Positions 15,010 to 28,070 of a stretch of 64,000 nt of DNA are shown piece after piece. Position numbers and translations under genes: made by a program. The stretch is from NCBI RefSeq assembly GCF_009914755.1, contig NC_060936.1, one strand, 5' to 3'. The stretch comes from the human T2T-CHM13v2.0 reference genome, Homo sapiens. Positions within the stretch are counted from its first letter, which is position 1; each line of letters begins with the position of its first letter. Under the pieces are notes generated by a model. That model was not told the origin of the DNA. It was given only the letters and a program-made list of their open reading frames with translations, and did no database searches.

Positions 15010-15260
15010 AGCGGTGGAGTGCCTGGGCTCTGGGGCAGACATTGTACCCATCCTTACTCTGCCACTTACTCACCTTTGGACCTTGGGCAAGTGAGCTGGT
15101 CTCCTTGTGCATCATTGTCCTCAATTATAAAAATGAGATTAACTAATTACCCCTACCTCAGAGTTGTTATGAGTGATAAATGAAATAGTCCATGGAGAGC
15201 CCTTAGCACAGTGCCTGCAAGATGATTGCATTATCTAACAATTGTTAACCTGTTATTACC
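15010..15260 (+). mobile_element. MIR SINE
   Basis: gggctctggggcagac...ctctgccacttact...gaccttgggcaagt...taaaatgag...cttagcacagtgcctg. Confidence 0.75.
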
Positions 15261-15335
15261 ATGACTTGTCTCTCTGGTGTTAGTGGTTTAGAGAAGTTCT
15301 CACATGTATATATGTATTTTCCCCCTTAGCAGAGC

Positions 15336-17114
15336 TTTTTTTTTTTCTTCTTCAACTTTTAAGTTCTGCGGTAATGTGCAGGATGTGCAGGTTTGTTACA
15401 TAGGTAAACGTGTGCCAGGGTGGTTTGCTGCCCAGATCAACCCACCACCTGGGTATTAAGCCCAGCATCCATTAGCTATTCTTCCTGATACTTTCCCTGC
15501 CCACACTGACAGGCCCCAGTGTGTGTTGTTCCCCACAGTGTGTCCATGTTTTCTCATCATTGAGCTCCCACTTATAAGTGAGAACACATGGTGTTTGGTT
15601 TTCTGTTCCTGTGTTAGTTTGCTGAGGATAATGGCTTCCAGCTCCATTCATGTCCTTGAGAAGGACATGATCTTGTTCCTTTTTATGGCTGCATAGCATT
15701 CCATGGTATATATATACGACATTTCCTTTAGCCAGTCTATCTTTGATGGGCATTTAGGTTGGTTCCATGTCTTTGCTATTGTGAACAGTGCTGCAGTGAA
15801 CAAATGCATGCATGTATCTTTATAATAAAATGATTTATATTTCTTTGGGTATATACCCGGTAATGGGATTGGTGGGTCAAATGGTATTTCTGGTTCTAGG
15901 TCTCTGAGGAATTGCTACAGTGTCTTCTGCAATGGCTGAAGTAATTTACACTCCCACCAACAATGTAAAAGCAGTCCATTTTCTCCACAACTTTGACAGC
16001 ATCTGTCGTTTCTTGACTTTTTAGTAATCACCCTTCTGACTGGCGTGAGATGGTATTTCATTGTGGTTTTGATTTGCATTTATCTAATGATCAGCGATGC
16101 TGAGTTTTTTTCATGTTTATTGGCCGCATGTATGTCTTCTTTTGAGAAGTATCTGTTCATGTCCTTTGCCCACTTTTTAATGGAGTGGTTTGTTTCTTTT
16201 TCTTGTAAATTTGTTTAAGTTCCTTGTAGACTCTGGAGATCAGACCTTTGTCAGATGGATAGATTGAAAAAATTTTCTCCCATTCTGTAGGTTGTCTGTT
16301 TGCTCTGATGATAGTTTATTTTGCTCCTCAGAAGTTATTTAGTTTAATTAGATCCCATTTGTCCGTTTTTGCTTTCATTACAATTGCTGTTGGCATTTTC
16401 ATGTGAAGTCTTTGCCCATGCCTGTGTCCTGAATGGTATTGCCTAGGTTTTCTTCTAGGGTTTTTATAGTTGGGTTTTGCATTTAAGTCTTTAACCTATC
16501 TTGAGTTAATTTTTGTATAAGATGTAAAGAAGGAGTCCATTTTCTATTTTATGCATATGGCTAGCCAGTTCTCCCAGCACCATTTATTAAATAGGACATT
16601 CTTTCCCCATTGCTAGTGTTTGTCAGGTTTTTTCAAAGATCAGGTGGTTGTAGGGGTGTGGTCTTATTTCTGAGTTCTCTATTCTGTTCCATTGGTCTGT
16701 GTGTCTGTTTTTGTACCAGTACCATGCTGTTTTGGTTACTGTAGCCTTGTAGTATAGTTTGAAGTCCGGTAGTGTGATGTCTCCAGCTTTATTCTTTTTG
16801 CTTAGGATTGTCTTGGCTATTTGGGTTCTTTTTTGGTTCCATATGAATTTAAAAAATAGTTTTTTCTAATTTTGTGAAGAATGTCAATGGTAGTTTAATG
16901 GTAATAGTATTGAATCCGTAAATTACTTTGGGCAGTATTGCCATTTTCATGATACTGGTTCTTCCTATCCATGAGCATGAGCATTGATTATACCTATCCA
17001 TTTGTTTGTGTCCTCTCTTATTTCCTTGAGCAGTGGCTTGTAGTTCTCCTTGAAGTGGTCCTTCACTTCCCTTGCTAGCTCTATTCCTAGGTATTTTATT
17101 CTCTTTGTAGCAAT
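15336..17114 (-). mobile_element. 5'-truncated L1PA (older primate L1, roughly PA13-like): 3' UTR and ORF2 end
   Basis: poly-T, then L1 3' UTR (ggtattaagcccagcatccattagc); ORF track shows an ORF2 C-terminal remnant MELEAIILSKLTQEQKTKHHVFSLISGS. Confidence 0.93.
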
Positions 17115-17896
17115 CACTTTCTTCTTCCTGTTTGTGATTAATGATTTTAGGGTAAATCTTTTTGGAGGGATCTCACTTTTTTTTTATTCAGTCTCTTAGA
17201 TAGTTATTATAATTTGGAATTTACTTAGATTTTAAGTCTGTATCATAGAACCTAAACAGTGGAATTGGAGGACCATGTGGCCACAAGGTCCCTGGGAGGA
17301 GGACCCACTAGTCACAGTAAGTGATGTTGTGGCAGGAAAAGAGAAGAGTAGAGTGGATGAGAAAAGGAGCAACCTAACAGCAAATATGATCAATGTTCTT
17401 TTTCTCTGTTGCCATTCGGGAGGATTTAGGGATGAAGGCTCCTTAGGTGGTGTGTAGTGTAGACAGGCTACAGCTTGCAGTTTCCTGGAGGGAATAGCCA
17501 GGAGAGTGTGATTTGTATAAACAGGGGCAGGTGGCTAAGGAAGTATAGTTAGGTGCCAGTAAGTTTGTAGGAAAGAATTCTAAAAGTGGAATGCCTGGTT
17601 CACAGGGTATGTGAGTTTAAAAATTCTGATGGCTCTTACTGAATCACCATTAACAGAAGTGCGCCAGTTTATACTCCCATCAGCAATGAATGAGAATGCC
17701 TGTTTCCTCACACCTATGCCCACTAGCAAGCATTTTGATCTTTGCTAATCTGCTGGGTGAAAAGTAGCATCTTATAGTTTAATTTGAGCATCTTTTCATG
17801 TGTTTACTTTGTATTTTCTTCTTCTATGAGCTAACTCTTTGTTCATGCCCTTTGCAGGCCCACTTTCAACTATTGAGTTTTGATTTTGATTTTTAG

Positions 17897-18234
<338 letters not shown>

Positions 18235-18962
18235 AGGAGCTCTTTATATACTAGAAAAATTCACATTTCCTTATGATTTTTTTTACCAAGTGTTTCTGCT
18301 TATTTTGTTATTTGTCTTTGATATTGTTTATGGTATTTGAGGCATAATAAATTTTTATATAAAGTTGTCACATGTTTCTTTTGTACTTTCTGGGTTTTGT
18401 GTAATAATCAGAAAAGCCTAACCCACTCTGAAAAGTCATGCTTCTACAATTTCCTTTTGTATTTTTATGTAAATAAAATCATACTTATTTGATTCATAAT
18501 TATTTTGGATTAGTAATGAAATAGAAATTCCATTTTATTTTCCCCCAACAACTACCTAGTTCTCTCCAAACATTTCAGGCACGATGTGTCTTTTCCTTGC
18601 TGGCTAGGTGGTGATTCTTGAGAAAGATGATTTTTACTTGGGCCAAGGCAGGGGTGACATGGAAGGGTATCATCATCTATGAAATCCCCTTATGTAGTTA
18701 GAACTATTTTTGGAGAGTCTGCTCCATTTTCTTGACTTCCAGTTTGTTGCAGTTCCACACTGTGTTAATCACTCTAGTTTTATGAATTTTAATATATGAT
18801 ATGGCTAGCCTCACCCCTATTACCCTTTTGTTCCAGGATTTTTTTTGATCTTCCTACATGTTTATTTTTCTGAATAAACTTTAGAAATTGTCTCATTCTA
18901 AAAAACAATCATGTTTTGGAGAAAGGGTTAAATTAAATTTATAGCTTAATCTAGGGAGAGTG

Positions 18963-19873
18963 TTTTTTAACTTTTAAGCTCAGGGGTACAAGTGTGGGTT
19001 TGTTGCATAGGTAAACGTGTGCCAGGGTGGTTTGTGACACAGATCAACCTATCACCTGGGTATTAAGCCCAGCATTTATTAGCTATTCTTCCTGATGCTT
19101 TCCCTCCGCCCCTGACAGGCCCCAGTGTGTGTTGTTCCTCATAGTGTGTCCATGAGTTCTCATCATTCAGCTCCCACTTATAAGTGAGAACACATGATGT
19201 TTGGTTTTCTGTTCCTGCATTAGTTTGCTGAGGATAATGGCTTCCAGCTCCATCCATGTCCATCCATGTCCCTGCAAAGGACATGATCTTGTTCCTTTTT
19301 ATGGCTGCATAATATTCCACGGTATATATGTACCACATCTTCTTTAGCCAGTCTGTCATTGATAAGCATTTAGGTTGATTTCATATCTTTACTATTGTGA
19401 ATAGTGATGCAGTGAACATTCACATGCATGTATCTTTATGGTAGAATGATTTATATTCCTCTGGGTATATACCCAGTAATAGGATTGCTGGGTTGAATGG
19501 TATTTCTGTCTTTAGGTCTTTGAGGAATCGCCACACTGACTTCCATAATGTCTGAACTAATTGACACTCCCATCAACAGTGTATAAGCGTTCCTTTTTCT
19601 CCACAACCTCACCAGTATCCTTTATTTTTTGACTTCTTAATAATAGCCATTCTGACTGGTGTGAGATGGTGTCTCATTTGATTTGCATTTATCTAATGAT
19701 CAATGATGTCAAGCTTTTTTTCATATTATCGTTGCCACATGTATATCTTTTGAAAAGTGTCTGTTCATGCCCTTTGCCCACTTTTTAATGGGGGTGTTTT
19801 ACTTGTAATTTGTTTAAGTTTCTTACAGAAGCTAGATATAGACCCTTGCCAGATGTATAGTTTGCAAAAATTT
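18963..19873 (-). mobile_element. 5'-truncated L1PA 3' fragment
   Basis: L1 3' UTR plus ORF2 remnant (WLKKMWYIYTVEYYAAIKRN); TSD-like gggaga..tttt at ~18954 and ~19874; internal 10-bp duplication 19251-19270. Confidence 0.93.
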
Positions 19874-20339
19874 GGGAGAATTTTTTATGATACTGACCCA
19901 ACCTGTCGTCACACAGGGTATATGTTCCCATTTATTCAGATCTTCTTTTATGAATCTCCTTAGTTAATGTTTTAAGATATTCTTCCTATATATTTTGGCA
20001 CGTATTTTTTAAAACATTATTTGACATGGTTTATAAGTATTTGTTTAGTCTTCACATATTTGCAGAGGTATTGAGGAGTGAAAAAGGAATGGAAGTGTTT
20101 CTTTGACACCGTAAAATAGATTACCTGGGGAAAAATATTGAAACTTTGCATAAGTAAATGTAATTGATTCATTTTTTCTTTTATCTCTTCTGACCCTATA
20201 TTTCGAATTGTTGATCTAACTATAAAAACGTATTTGTTTTAAATTTGCAATTGAATTTAGTAAGTGTTTTTCACACCCACAAATTCAAAGCACCAATTGC
20301 TGAGATTCTTTTGCAAAGTGTTCCATATCATTGTCTTAT

Positions 20340-21320
20340 ATTAATTCATTGACTATTAATTAATTAGCTTAGTAAGCACTTAATGAACACTTACTATAGA
20401 CCAAATGTTAGAAATATGAAGACTAATAAGACATGATCCCTTTCATTGAAAGATTTGCTGTTTACTCAGAGATGGAATGAAATGATGAAAACAAAGAATT
20501 ATAATAATATAAGGTAATGTGCTTTACACTCTGGGAGGCCAAGGTGGGTGGATCTGGATCACTTGAGACCAGGAGTTCCAGACCCACCTGGCCAACATGG
20601 CAAAACCCCATCTCTACTAAAGATACAAGAATTAGCCAGATGTGGTGGCATGCACCTGTAATCCCAGCTGCTCTGGAGGCTGAGGGAGGAGAATTGCTTG
20701 AACCCAGGAGGCTGAGATTGCAGTCAGCAGAGATCGCCCCACTGCACTCCAACCTGGGCGACAGAGCAAGATTCTGTCTCAAAAAAAAAAAAAAGGGTAA
20801 TGTGCTTTCATGAAAATATGTGCAAGGCAGAGTTGGAACATGGAGTGGGAGAGCCTCAAGCTGTCCTGGGGCAATCAAAGAAGGCTTTACTGAGCAACCA
20901 GCATCTGAACTGAGACCATTCGGATGAGTTGCTGCCAGGTGGGCAGATCAGGGGAGGCTTCTCCAGACAGAGAAACTAGCAAGTGCAAAGGCACTGGGGC
21001 ATGAATCAGTTACAAGTTATTCAGTCTATGGGGCTTAGGAGATTAGGCTTAGCCAGTAGGCAGCTGCCAGATCTCAAAGGCTTTATATGACATGCGCAAG
21101 AGGTTGTGCTATATTCTGTAGGCACTGGAGCAAATTGTGAGCAAGAAAAGGTCAGATTGTAGACTACATAACTCTGGTAGCCATATGGAGAGCAAAGTAG
21201 AAGGGTATGGGTATAAAATCAGGAATACAAGTATGGAGATTATAACAGTGGGCCCAGTTAGAGACTGTTTTCTCTTAAACTAGGACAGTGACATTAGGAA
21301 TGACAGAGAGCCCCTATGGA
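20340..21320 (-). mobile_element. L2 fragment hosting an Alu
   Basis: taagcacttaatgaacacttactatag...catctgaactgagacc...agcaagtgcaaaggcactgggg. Confidence 0.6.
20526..20794 (+). mobile_element. 5'-truncated Alu
   Basis: starts at cactctgggagg (A box missing); TSD ggtaatgtgcttt at 20513-20525 and 20796-20808; tggatc duplicated. Confidence 0.93.
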
Positions 21321-21324
21321 AGAT

Positions 21325-22080
21325 TTATTCATTCAACAATCATTTATTAGAATCACCTGTATGCTAGGCTCTGTGCTGGATGCTAGGCATGCAGCAGTGT
21401 GCCAGACAGATATGCTCCCCACTCCCAAAGCCATCCCATTCAAATGGGAAGAGCCTGATAAGGTGATATGTAAGTTGATATGTTAAGCAGTGGTATATGA
21501 TGAAGCAGAATGCAGCAGGATGAAAGGGAAAGGGAACATGGTTAGGAGTATGCTGATCAGGATAGTCCTCTGGGCAAGGTGATGTTTGATCAGGACATGA
21601 GCTGGGGAGGGAGGGAGGGTATGAGCCAGGGAAATGGTGTCCAAGCACAGGGAAATGGTATCCAAAAGAGAAATGGTGTCCAAGCAGAGGGAACAGCCAG
21701 TGCAGAGGCCCTGAGAAGGAACTGTGCTTGGCATGGTTAAGGAATAATGAGGAGGCCAAAAGGGCTAGAGCAGAGTGGTGGAGGAGGTGGCTTAAGTATT
21801 TAGATTTTATCCAGAATGAGATGGGGAGCCAGGGCATTATTTTTCATACGGCAGTAGCATGATTTGACTGGCAGCCTTTAAGAGGATCTCACCTGCTGCT
21901 GTGTGGAGAATAGAGGGAGTCAGGGTGTAAGTAGGTCAGTTACAAGGCTGGTGCAGAGGTCCAGAAAGGGAGGTGATGATGGACCAGGATAGTGATTCTG
22001 GAGGTGGTGAGAGGTGGTAGAACTATGGATCTGTCTTGAACTTGGTACTAGAAGGATACAGGAAAGTGTGCATAGGAAGT
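21325..22080 (-). mobile_element. L2 LINE 3' fragment
   Basis: ttattcattcaacaatcatttattagaatcacctgtatgctaggctctgtgctgg...cagagggaacagccagtgcagaggccctgag. Confidence 0.8.
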
Positions 22081-22089
22081 AAAATGGGC

Positions 22090-22142
22090 AAGTGTAGATT
22101 AGATAACTGCTAAGTGTAGATTAGATAACTGCTAAGTGTAGA
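22090..22142. repeat. 22-bp tandem repeat, 2.4 copies
   Basis: aagtgtagattagataactgct x2 plus aagtgtaga, perfect. Confidence 0.95.
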
Positions 22143-25100
22143 CATACAATATTTTAAAGGGAGATGAGGGAAGTATAGCCAGGGAGGGTCACTTTAGCAA
22201 GAGCAGTCCATATGGTCAATAGGTCAATATGATGAGTACACTATCATGAACTCTTGCAGGCTAAACTTTTATTATTTGTATACTTATGAGCCACACTGGA
22301 TTGTGTGACATGACTAAATAGAGAATTCCTGAAATTGCCTCTGGGAGGATGTATTAAATAGGGTCAATCAGAAGTACGTAAATGGTGTCTACTCTTGAGC
22401 AATAAAATTTATAGAAGCCACATCTAAATTTAGCTTTAAGCAATTTCGGAGCCTGAGAATTTTCAGGAAATAGTAATCAAAGCCCTGATAATACAAGAAA
22501 TTGACATCCTTTTTGGACTGACATGGGAGAGGAATAATTTGGGCGGTCACAGAAACGGACTCATAGATCATAGATCTTGGGAATGTGGGGTCAATGAATT
22601 AAATATGGCTGAAAATTATAAATTACCTCACATATCCAATTGCTTTTAGCTAAAATCAAGAGAAAGGGCTTTCTAAAGCCGAGATACTTTTTTTCCATTA
22701 GCAAAGGGTTATAAGATGTTCTGGAGACTTGAGTCAGGCTAGTTCCCTTATCTTTGGAAGATATTCTTGAGTGATGCAGTGCTATCAGTTTCAAATAAGT
22801 ATATTTTTGTAAATCAGGTGATGTTATATAATGAAACTGACATTTGTAAAAGTTTTTTATGGCTCCCAGCCAGGTGCCCCTTTTGTCAGACCCTGACTTT
22901 TGAAGGATTTTGGGCTGCTTATAAGGATTCAGAGTTCCCCTGCAAAATTGATGTTGGAAACCATACCCACAGTCTGCGCCAGTCACTGTGGACTGGATAC
23001 ATTTCCACAGTGTGAGATGAAATCAGAACTGAATGAGAGTGGCCACTGTTCTCTTGGCCATACCTGACCAAAGGTTCTAGTTTGATGCAGATTATTATTC
23101 TTTAGTTAACTGTACAGTAAACCATGCACAGTCCTCATTGTAATTAGGTGGGTTCATTCTTTCTTAATTTTACCTGCTGTTGTCGTCATGAGTCACAAAG
23201 TTGAATAACTCTTCAGTTATTATTGTAGCCAGAGTGATGGATAAGATAGACTCCCCTAAACCATGGTAGTCGATATAAAGCTTTTCTTCTCTTGCCCCCA
23301 TAGTTAGCACTAACTGGCCCCTGTTTTGTATAACCTTATACAGACTTATGTCATAGTGCTAATGATATACCACATGTGTGTACACATATGCACATACCTA
23401 CTCACATATACACATGCACACACATATATGTGTACACACACACACACGCGTAATTCCTCTTCTCTCCCCCCACAGACTGTAGTAGGCACTTTGAATCATG
23501 AATCGTTCTTATTTTCCTTTTAACTATTAACACTTAGCTCAGCATCTGGCATAAAGTAGGAGCTCAAAACATGGTTGTCGATTGAAATCTAGAACTGGGT
23601 TTTGCATTTTCTTGTTATTGCTTTGTTGTTGTTCTGTTGATTAAGTAATTCTATACCTAGTTTAGGTTTGAATTGCTTTAGAGACCCTGATGATGGTGCC
23701 TTGTGTTCTTGGCCACTTGATTTTATGTGACAGTCTTCAGCATATTCATAACTCCAAGCTTTACAAAACAGGCAATATTTTATAGGGAAGTAGCTCTGTT
23801 GCCTTTCTGGATGTAGAGGCAGCATGAGATTATAGGATAAAACTCCAATATGTTTGTATTTATGTATATATATATTACCTTATTCATACATAATAATGTG
23901 TATACATACATAATAATATGAAGTAAAAGTAGGTCAGAAGTAAAGAAGAGGTGGGAACAAAATGAAAGCAGGAATACAATTAAATTGCATGTCAGAATGA
24001 CTTACATGTAAGATACAGAGGCCACCTTTAAAGGCTTTAAGCTTTCAATCAGCCAGAGGGAAAAGAACAGGCTTATGGGGGTAAAGATAAACCATTTGCT
24101 CAGGTTGATTTTAACCATACTCTTAGCACCAACATCAGATAAGAATTTCTCCCAGGAGTCCCTATGAAGAGTACATTGTGTTTCGTTATGAAAATCATCA
24201 AGCTTTGCAAGGCTGATTCTCATAAGACAATTTTGTGTTAATAGCATTGCCTCAAGGCAAAATTTTGTAAAAGCAGTCGGCAAGGTTCTGTTTAGGAATC
24301 AGTTCTCTGCTGGTCAGTTTGACTCAGGGATATGAAAAGTGGGTGGACTACTTGTCTTTAAGCAATCTTTCCTGTGTATTGTTTATCTCAAATAAAGCTT
24401 TGAAAATTGTTTTTTAACATTGAACTTGAAGTGGCACTATTCTCCAGCAAGTAAGGGCCTACAGTGTAGCTACTATTCTGTGTAGCTAGTTAAGGAGAGA
24501 CCTGGCGTCCTAGCAGTGTCAAATGAAAGCTGGTATTAGCATCCATATGAGGAAGCTGACTTGCCTAGCAAAGACATTTACCTGAATAGCAGGTTGCCCT
24601 CCTTATTTCCAGGGGAAGCATGGGAGAACCAAGCAGCTCAGCCAGGATTATGCATAGAAAATTGTTTGGACCCACGTTATTGCTCAGACAAATGGGTGAT
24701 CCTCTCCAAGGGCTTTAAATAGGTCCTTTTGGGGCAGGGAACCCAAACACTTAGCAAAGTACAGAAGGTTTGAAGGGAATGAATTCCCAGAGTCTGGATT
24801 GGATGCTCAGTCTCATTTCTCACCTTCCCGTTTACAATCCCTCTTTTTCCATTTTAGCAAAGCAAGGCATCCTTCTTATCCATCTCAGATCTTACTATAG
24901 TGCATTGTGCAGGGGTGTAAAAACAGCCTGGGCACCAAACAGAGCAGCAATTGGAAATATTTCTTTGCAGAGAAGTATGGTAGTGTGAACAATAAAAGAC
25001 TTTCCAATATAAACATATGCTACATTGGGATAAAACTCTGTGGGGAAGTGGGCTGGATATGAGTTAAAGGAGAAAAACTAGCGATGTAAATTTTCCAACT

Positions 25101-25609
25101 GATAAAAAGGAGCTTGAGCTTGGTCAGATATCTTAAAAATGGTTGAATGTGGGATATGACAGTTGTGTTTTAAAACCTCAATGTTTATGTATGCCATAAA
25201 TTATATTCTTTGTAATCCTATAAGCTTATGATGAAGTCAACTTAAAACTTCACTGAGTTGGGGCAGATCTTCAGAAGGGGATACATAGCTTTTTGTTTTG
25301 TTTTGTTTTGAATCTTTGGGCCATGCGTGAGCAAACATGTTTGAAGACCACTCATCTACTGCATGTAATATGGCTCTCAATCAGTCCTCTAGCTCTTGCA
25401 TCGACCTCAAGTGTTAGGTCAGCCTCTAGCTGTAACTCCCCTCCCTGTTCTTACCACTACTTTATATTTACTTTAATATAAGTCTAACAGATTGCATCCA
25501 TGATTCCTCTACCAAATAGGAAGATCTTTAATTCTCGAAAACGGTATACTATATACTCTGTAGTTTCCAGGAATTTTTTTGTGGTGCCTTATGTAAAGGC
25601 AAACTTTAA

Positions 25610-25770
25610 AAAAATTATTGAGATATAATTTACATATCATATAATTCACCCATTTCAAGTATAGAATTCAATAAGTTATAGTAAGTTTACCAAGTTGTGA
25701 AGTCATCATCATAAATCAGTTTTAGAACATTTTTGTCACCCCAATACGATTTATCATGCCCATTTACGTG
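25610..25770 (-). mobile_element. L1MB-type 3' end
   Basis: ttattgagatataatttacatatcatataattcacccatttcaagt...ttttagaacatttttgtcacccc. Confidence 0.75.
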
Positions 25771-27140
25771 AATGTTCCTATGTTTTTCTAATATTTAAGG
25801 GGCTACAAGTTCATATGACAACATGCGTAGAGAGCAGTAAGGATGGAGGAAAACAAGAGGGGCAGGGCCAGAATTTTATCATTTATGGAAGCATGAGTGC
25901 TAGCATCTTCTATTTTTATTTTTAAAAAACCACTCTGATGTTCTTCTAGTCCTTATATGTTTTTATTGATACAAATATAACCACATGTTAAGGCAGGACT
26001 CTGTCTATCTCAGTTTTGGCTAAGATCCCAATGGCCAAGAATACTAGATTAGGTTCCCCCATATCAGTTACCCATTTAGAACATACAAAACATTGTATGG
26101 GAGTTAGTTATTGTCTGCTCCATAATATGTATGAGGTTGATGTTGGGGCCCTGGTGAATGTGAGGGTGGGAGAAGGGTACTCCATCTTCACTTCAAACCA
26201 AGTGAGAGGAATCCTTATTGAACTTGACATTATCCCCTGATGGGAGTTTGGGGACATGAGGTTCACCTGAACCTGTGGAAGGCTGTGATGAGAGCTGCCG
26301 CTAAGAACAAAGTGGGAGAGGGGGCTGCAGGGAGATGGCCGCAAGTTGGTGGGACGAAGATGTGTGAGATTTTATCATGGATCAGGTGGATGCTCTGGGA
26401 TCATTTTAACTTTGGAATGCACTCAAGAGGGATGCCTGGAGGGAATGGGGGAGAAACAGAGAGAGAGAGAGGGCATGAGCAAGTGCATAAGTGATGGTGG
26501 GGGGAATGGTTATCAGTTACCTAACTATTCTGGATACGTAAGAATGTAGTGCTTAGAGATTAGACAGAAAAATGAACCATTTGCCATTTGACCATCTGGG
26601 AGACATTATTGTATGGTCTTTAAATCTGATAAACCTGAATTTAAATCTCTCCCTGACCCTCAGCAAGTTACTGTATTTTTCTGAGCTTTCAGAGTTGTCA
26701 TGGCCAGTATTTGTCGTAATGATATAATCATTGACTTTGACAAGTCCTGGAACTTGCCTTTCAAAGTATTTTTGATATTTGACACTGATTGATGAGTAGA
26801 TAAATATGAATATTCTGTATAGACAACATCTATGATCTAGCTAGAGATCTAAAAGTCATTGTTAGGTACCATAAGCGTGTAACATATAACATTCAATATT
26901 TTGCAAAATCCATGGTATTTCATTTACTATACTGCCATTTACTTTCTTATTTGGATTACGTAGGTGATAAATTTGTACAAGCCTGTTTTCATATACTTTG
27001 AAAGTGTGTGAAAATAATTGTATATAAATGGTAATTCTGATTTTCTCTAGAATACAATTCAGATTTACCAGCCTTCAAATAATATTATTTTAGATACTAT
27101 TGTTAATAAATAATATTTTTTATTTAGCAAATAACTTTAC

Positions 27141-27174
27141 ATATATATGTGTGTGTGTGTGTGTTTGTGTGTGT
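27141..27174. repeat. (TA)n(TG)n microsatellite
   Basis: seen directly. Confidence 0.85.
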
Positions 27175-27534
27175 GAATTTATGCATATGTATTTTTCCAG
27201 CCAACATGAAAGTCTTTTGAGGACAAAATTGAGTATTTGCCATCACAAAACTATAAATAACTTAAAAATTTGGCATATTTAAATATTGCAGTAAGCAATA
27301 ATACTTTTATCCATTTATGCAACTTTTGTACAGAAACAGATCTTGTGGATTATCAGGTAGGATCTATGGAGTGAAGTTTGATAAACTTTTAAAGACAATG
27401 AAGTTAATTTTTAAAACCTCTTAAACTCAACTCTTAATTATTCTTAATTGTGTTCTTTAATTTTTTAAATTGTGTTCCCAAAGCATTTAAAATATATAAC
27501 TATCGTAGTACTGAATGCATGGCATAGTATTATT

Positions 27535-28070
27535 TCATTAATTCATTAATTTATTTAAAATGACTGTAGTGAACTCGTATGGTACAATCTCTGTCCTTAT
27601 GGAGTCTAGAGTTCAGTGGGATAGACGCATGAAACAGACACATGAGTAATATATAATTACAAATTATGATCACTGTTATGAGTTACAGGCAAATGGCATG
27701 AGAGAATAACTGTGGAAGCATAATTTAATTGGAGGGAATGATTCTCTGATGAAAGATCTGAAAGATGAGTGGTCCATTATCAGTTGAGAATGGGTCAAAG
27801 AATATTTCAGATAGTGGGAACAGCATATTACAAAGGCCCTGTGGTAGGAAGGAGTATGAAATATTTAAGGAAGAGGCAAGGAGTGGATATAGATGCCTCA
27901 TTTAGGAGGCAATGGGAATAATTCATTCTGGAAATGAGGTAAACTAGACACTAGATTAGACTAGAATAAGTTAGTGGCAGTACAGTTAGAAGTGAATGGA
28001 TTTTAAGAAATAGTAGAAATTAGAGTCAATAGGACTTCAACTGTTTATAAAGGAGAAAGGAGAAGGTGTT
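27535..28070 (-). mobile_element. L2 fragment
   Basis: tctctgtccttatggagtctagagt...gggaacagcatattacaaaggccctgtggtagg. Confidence 0.65.

Noticed and set aside
20462-21837. ORFs of 138 aa and 157 aa
   Set aside because: Translations of Alu and L2 sequence.
22090-22142. Short direct repeats as a CRISPR-like array
   Set aside because: Eukaryotic DNA, two to three adjacent copies, no spacers.
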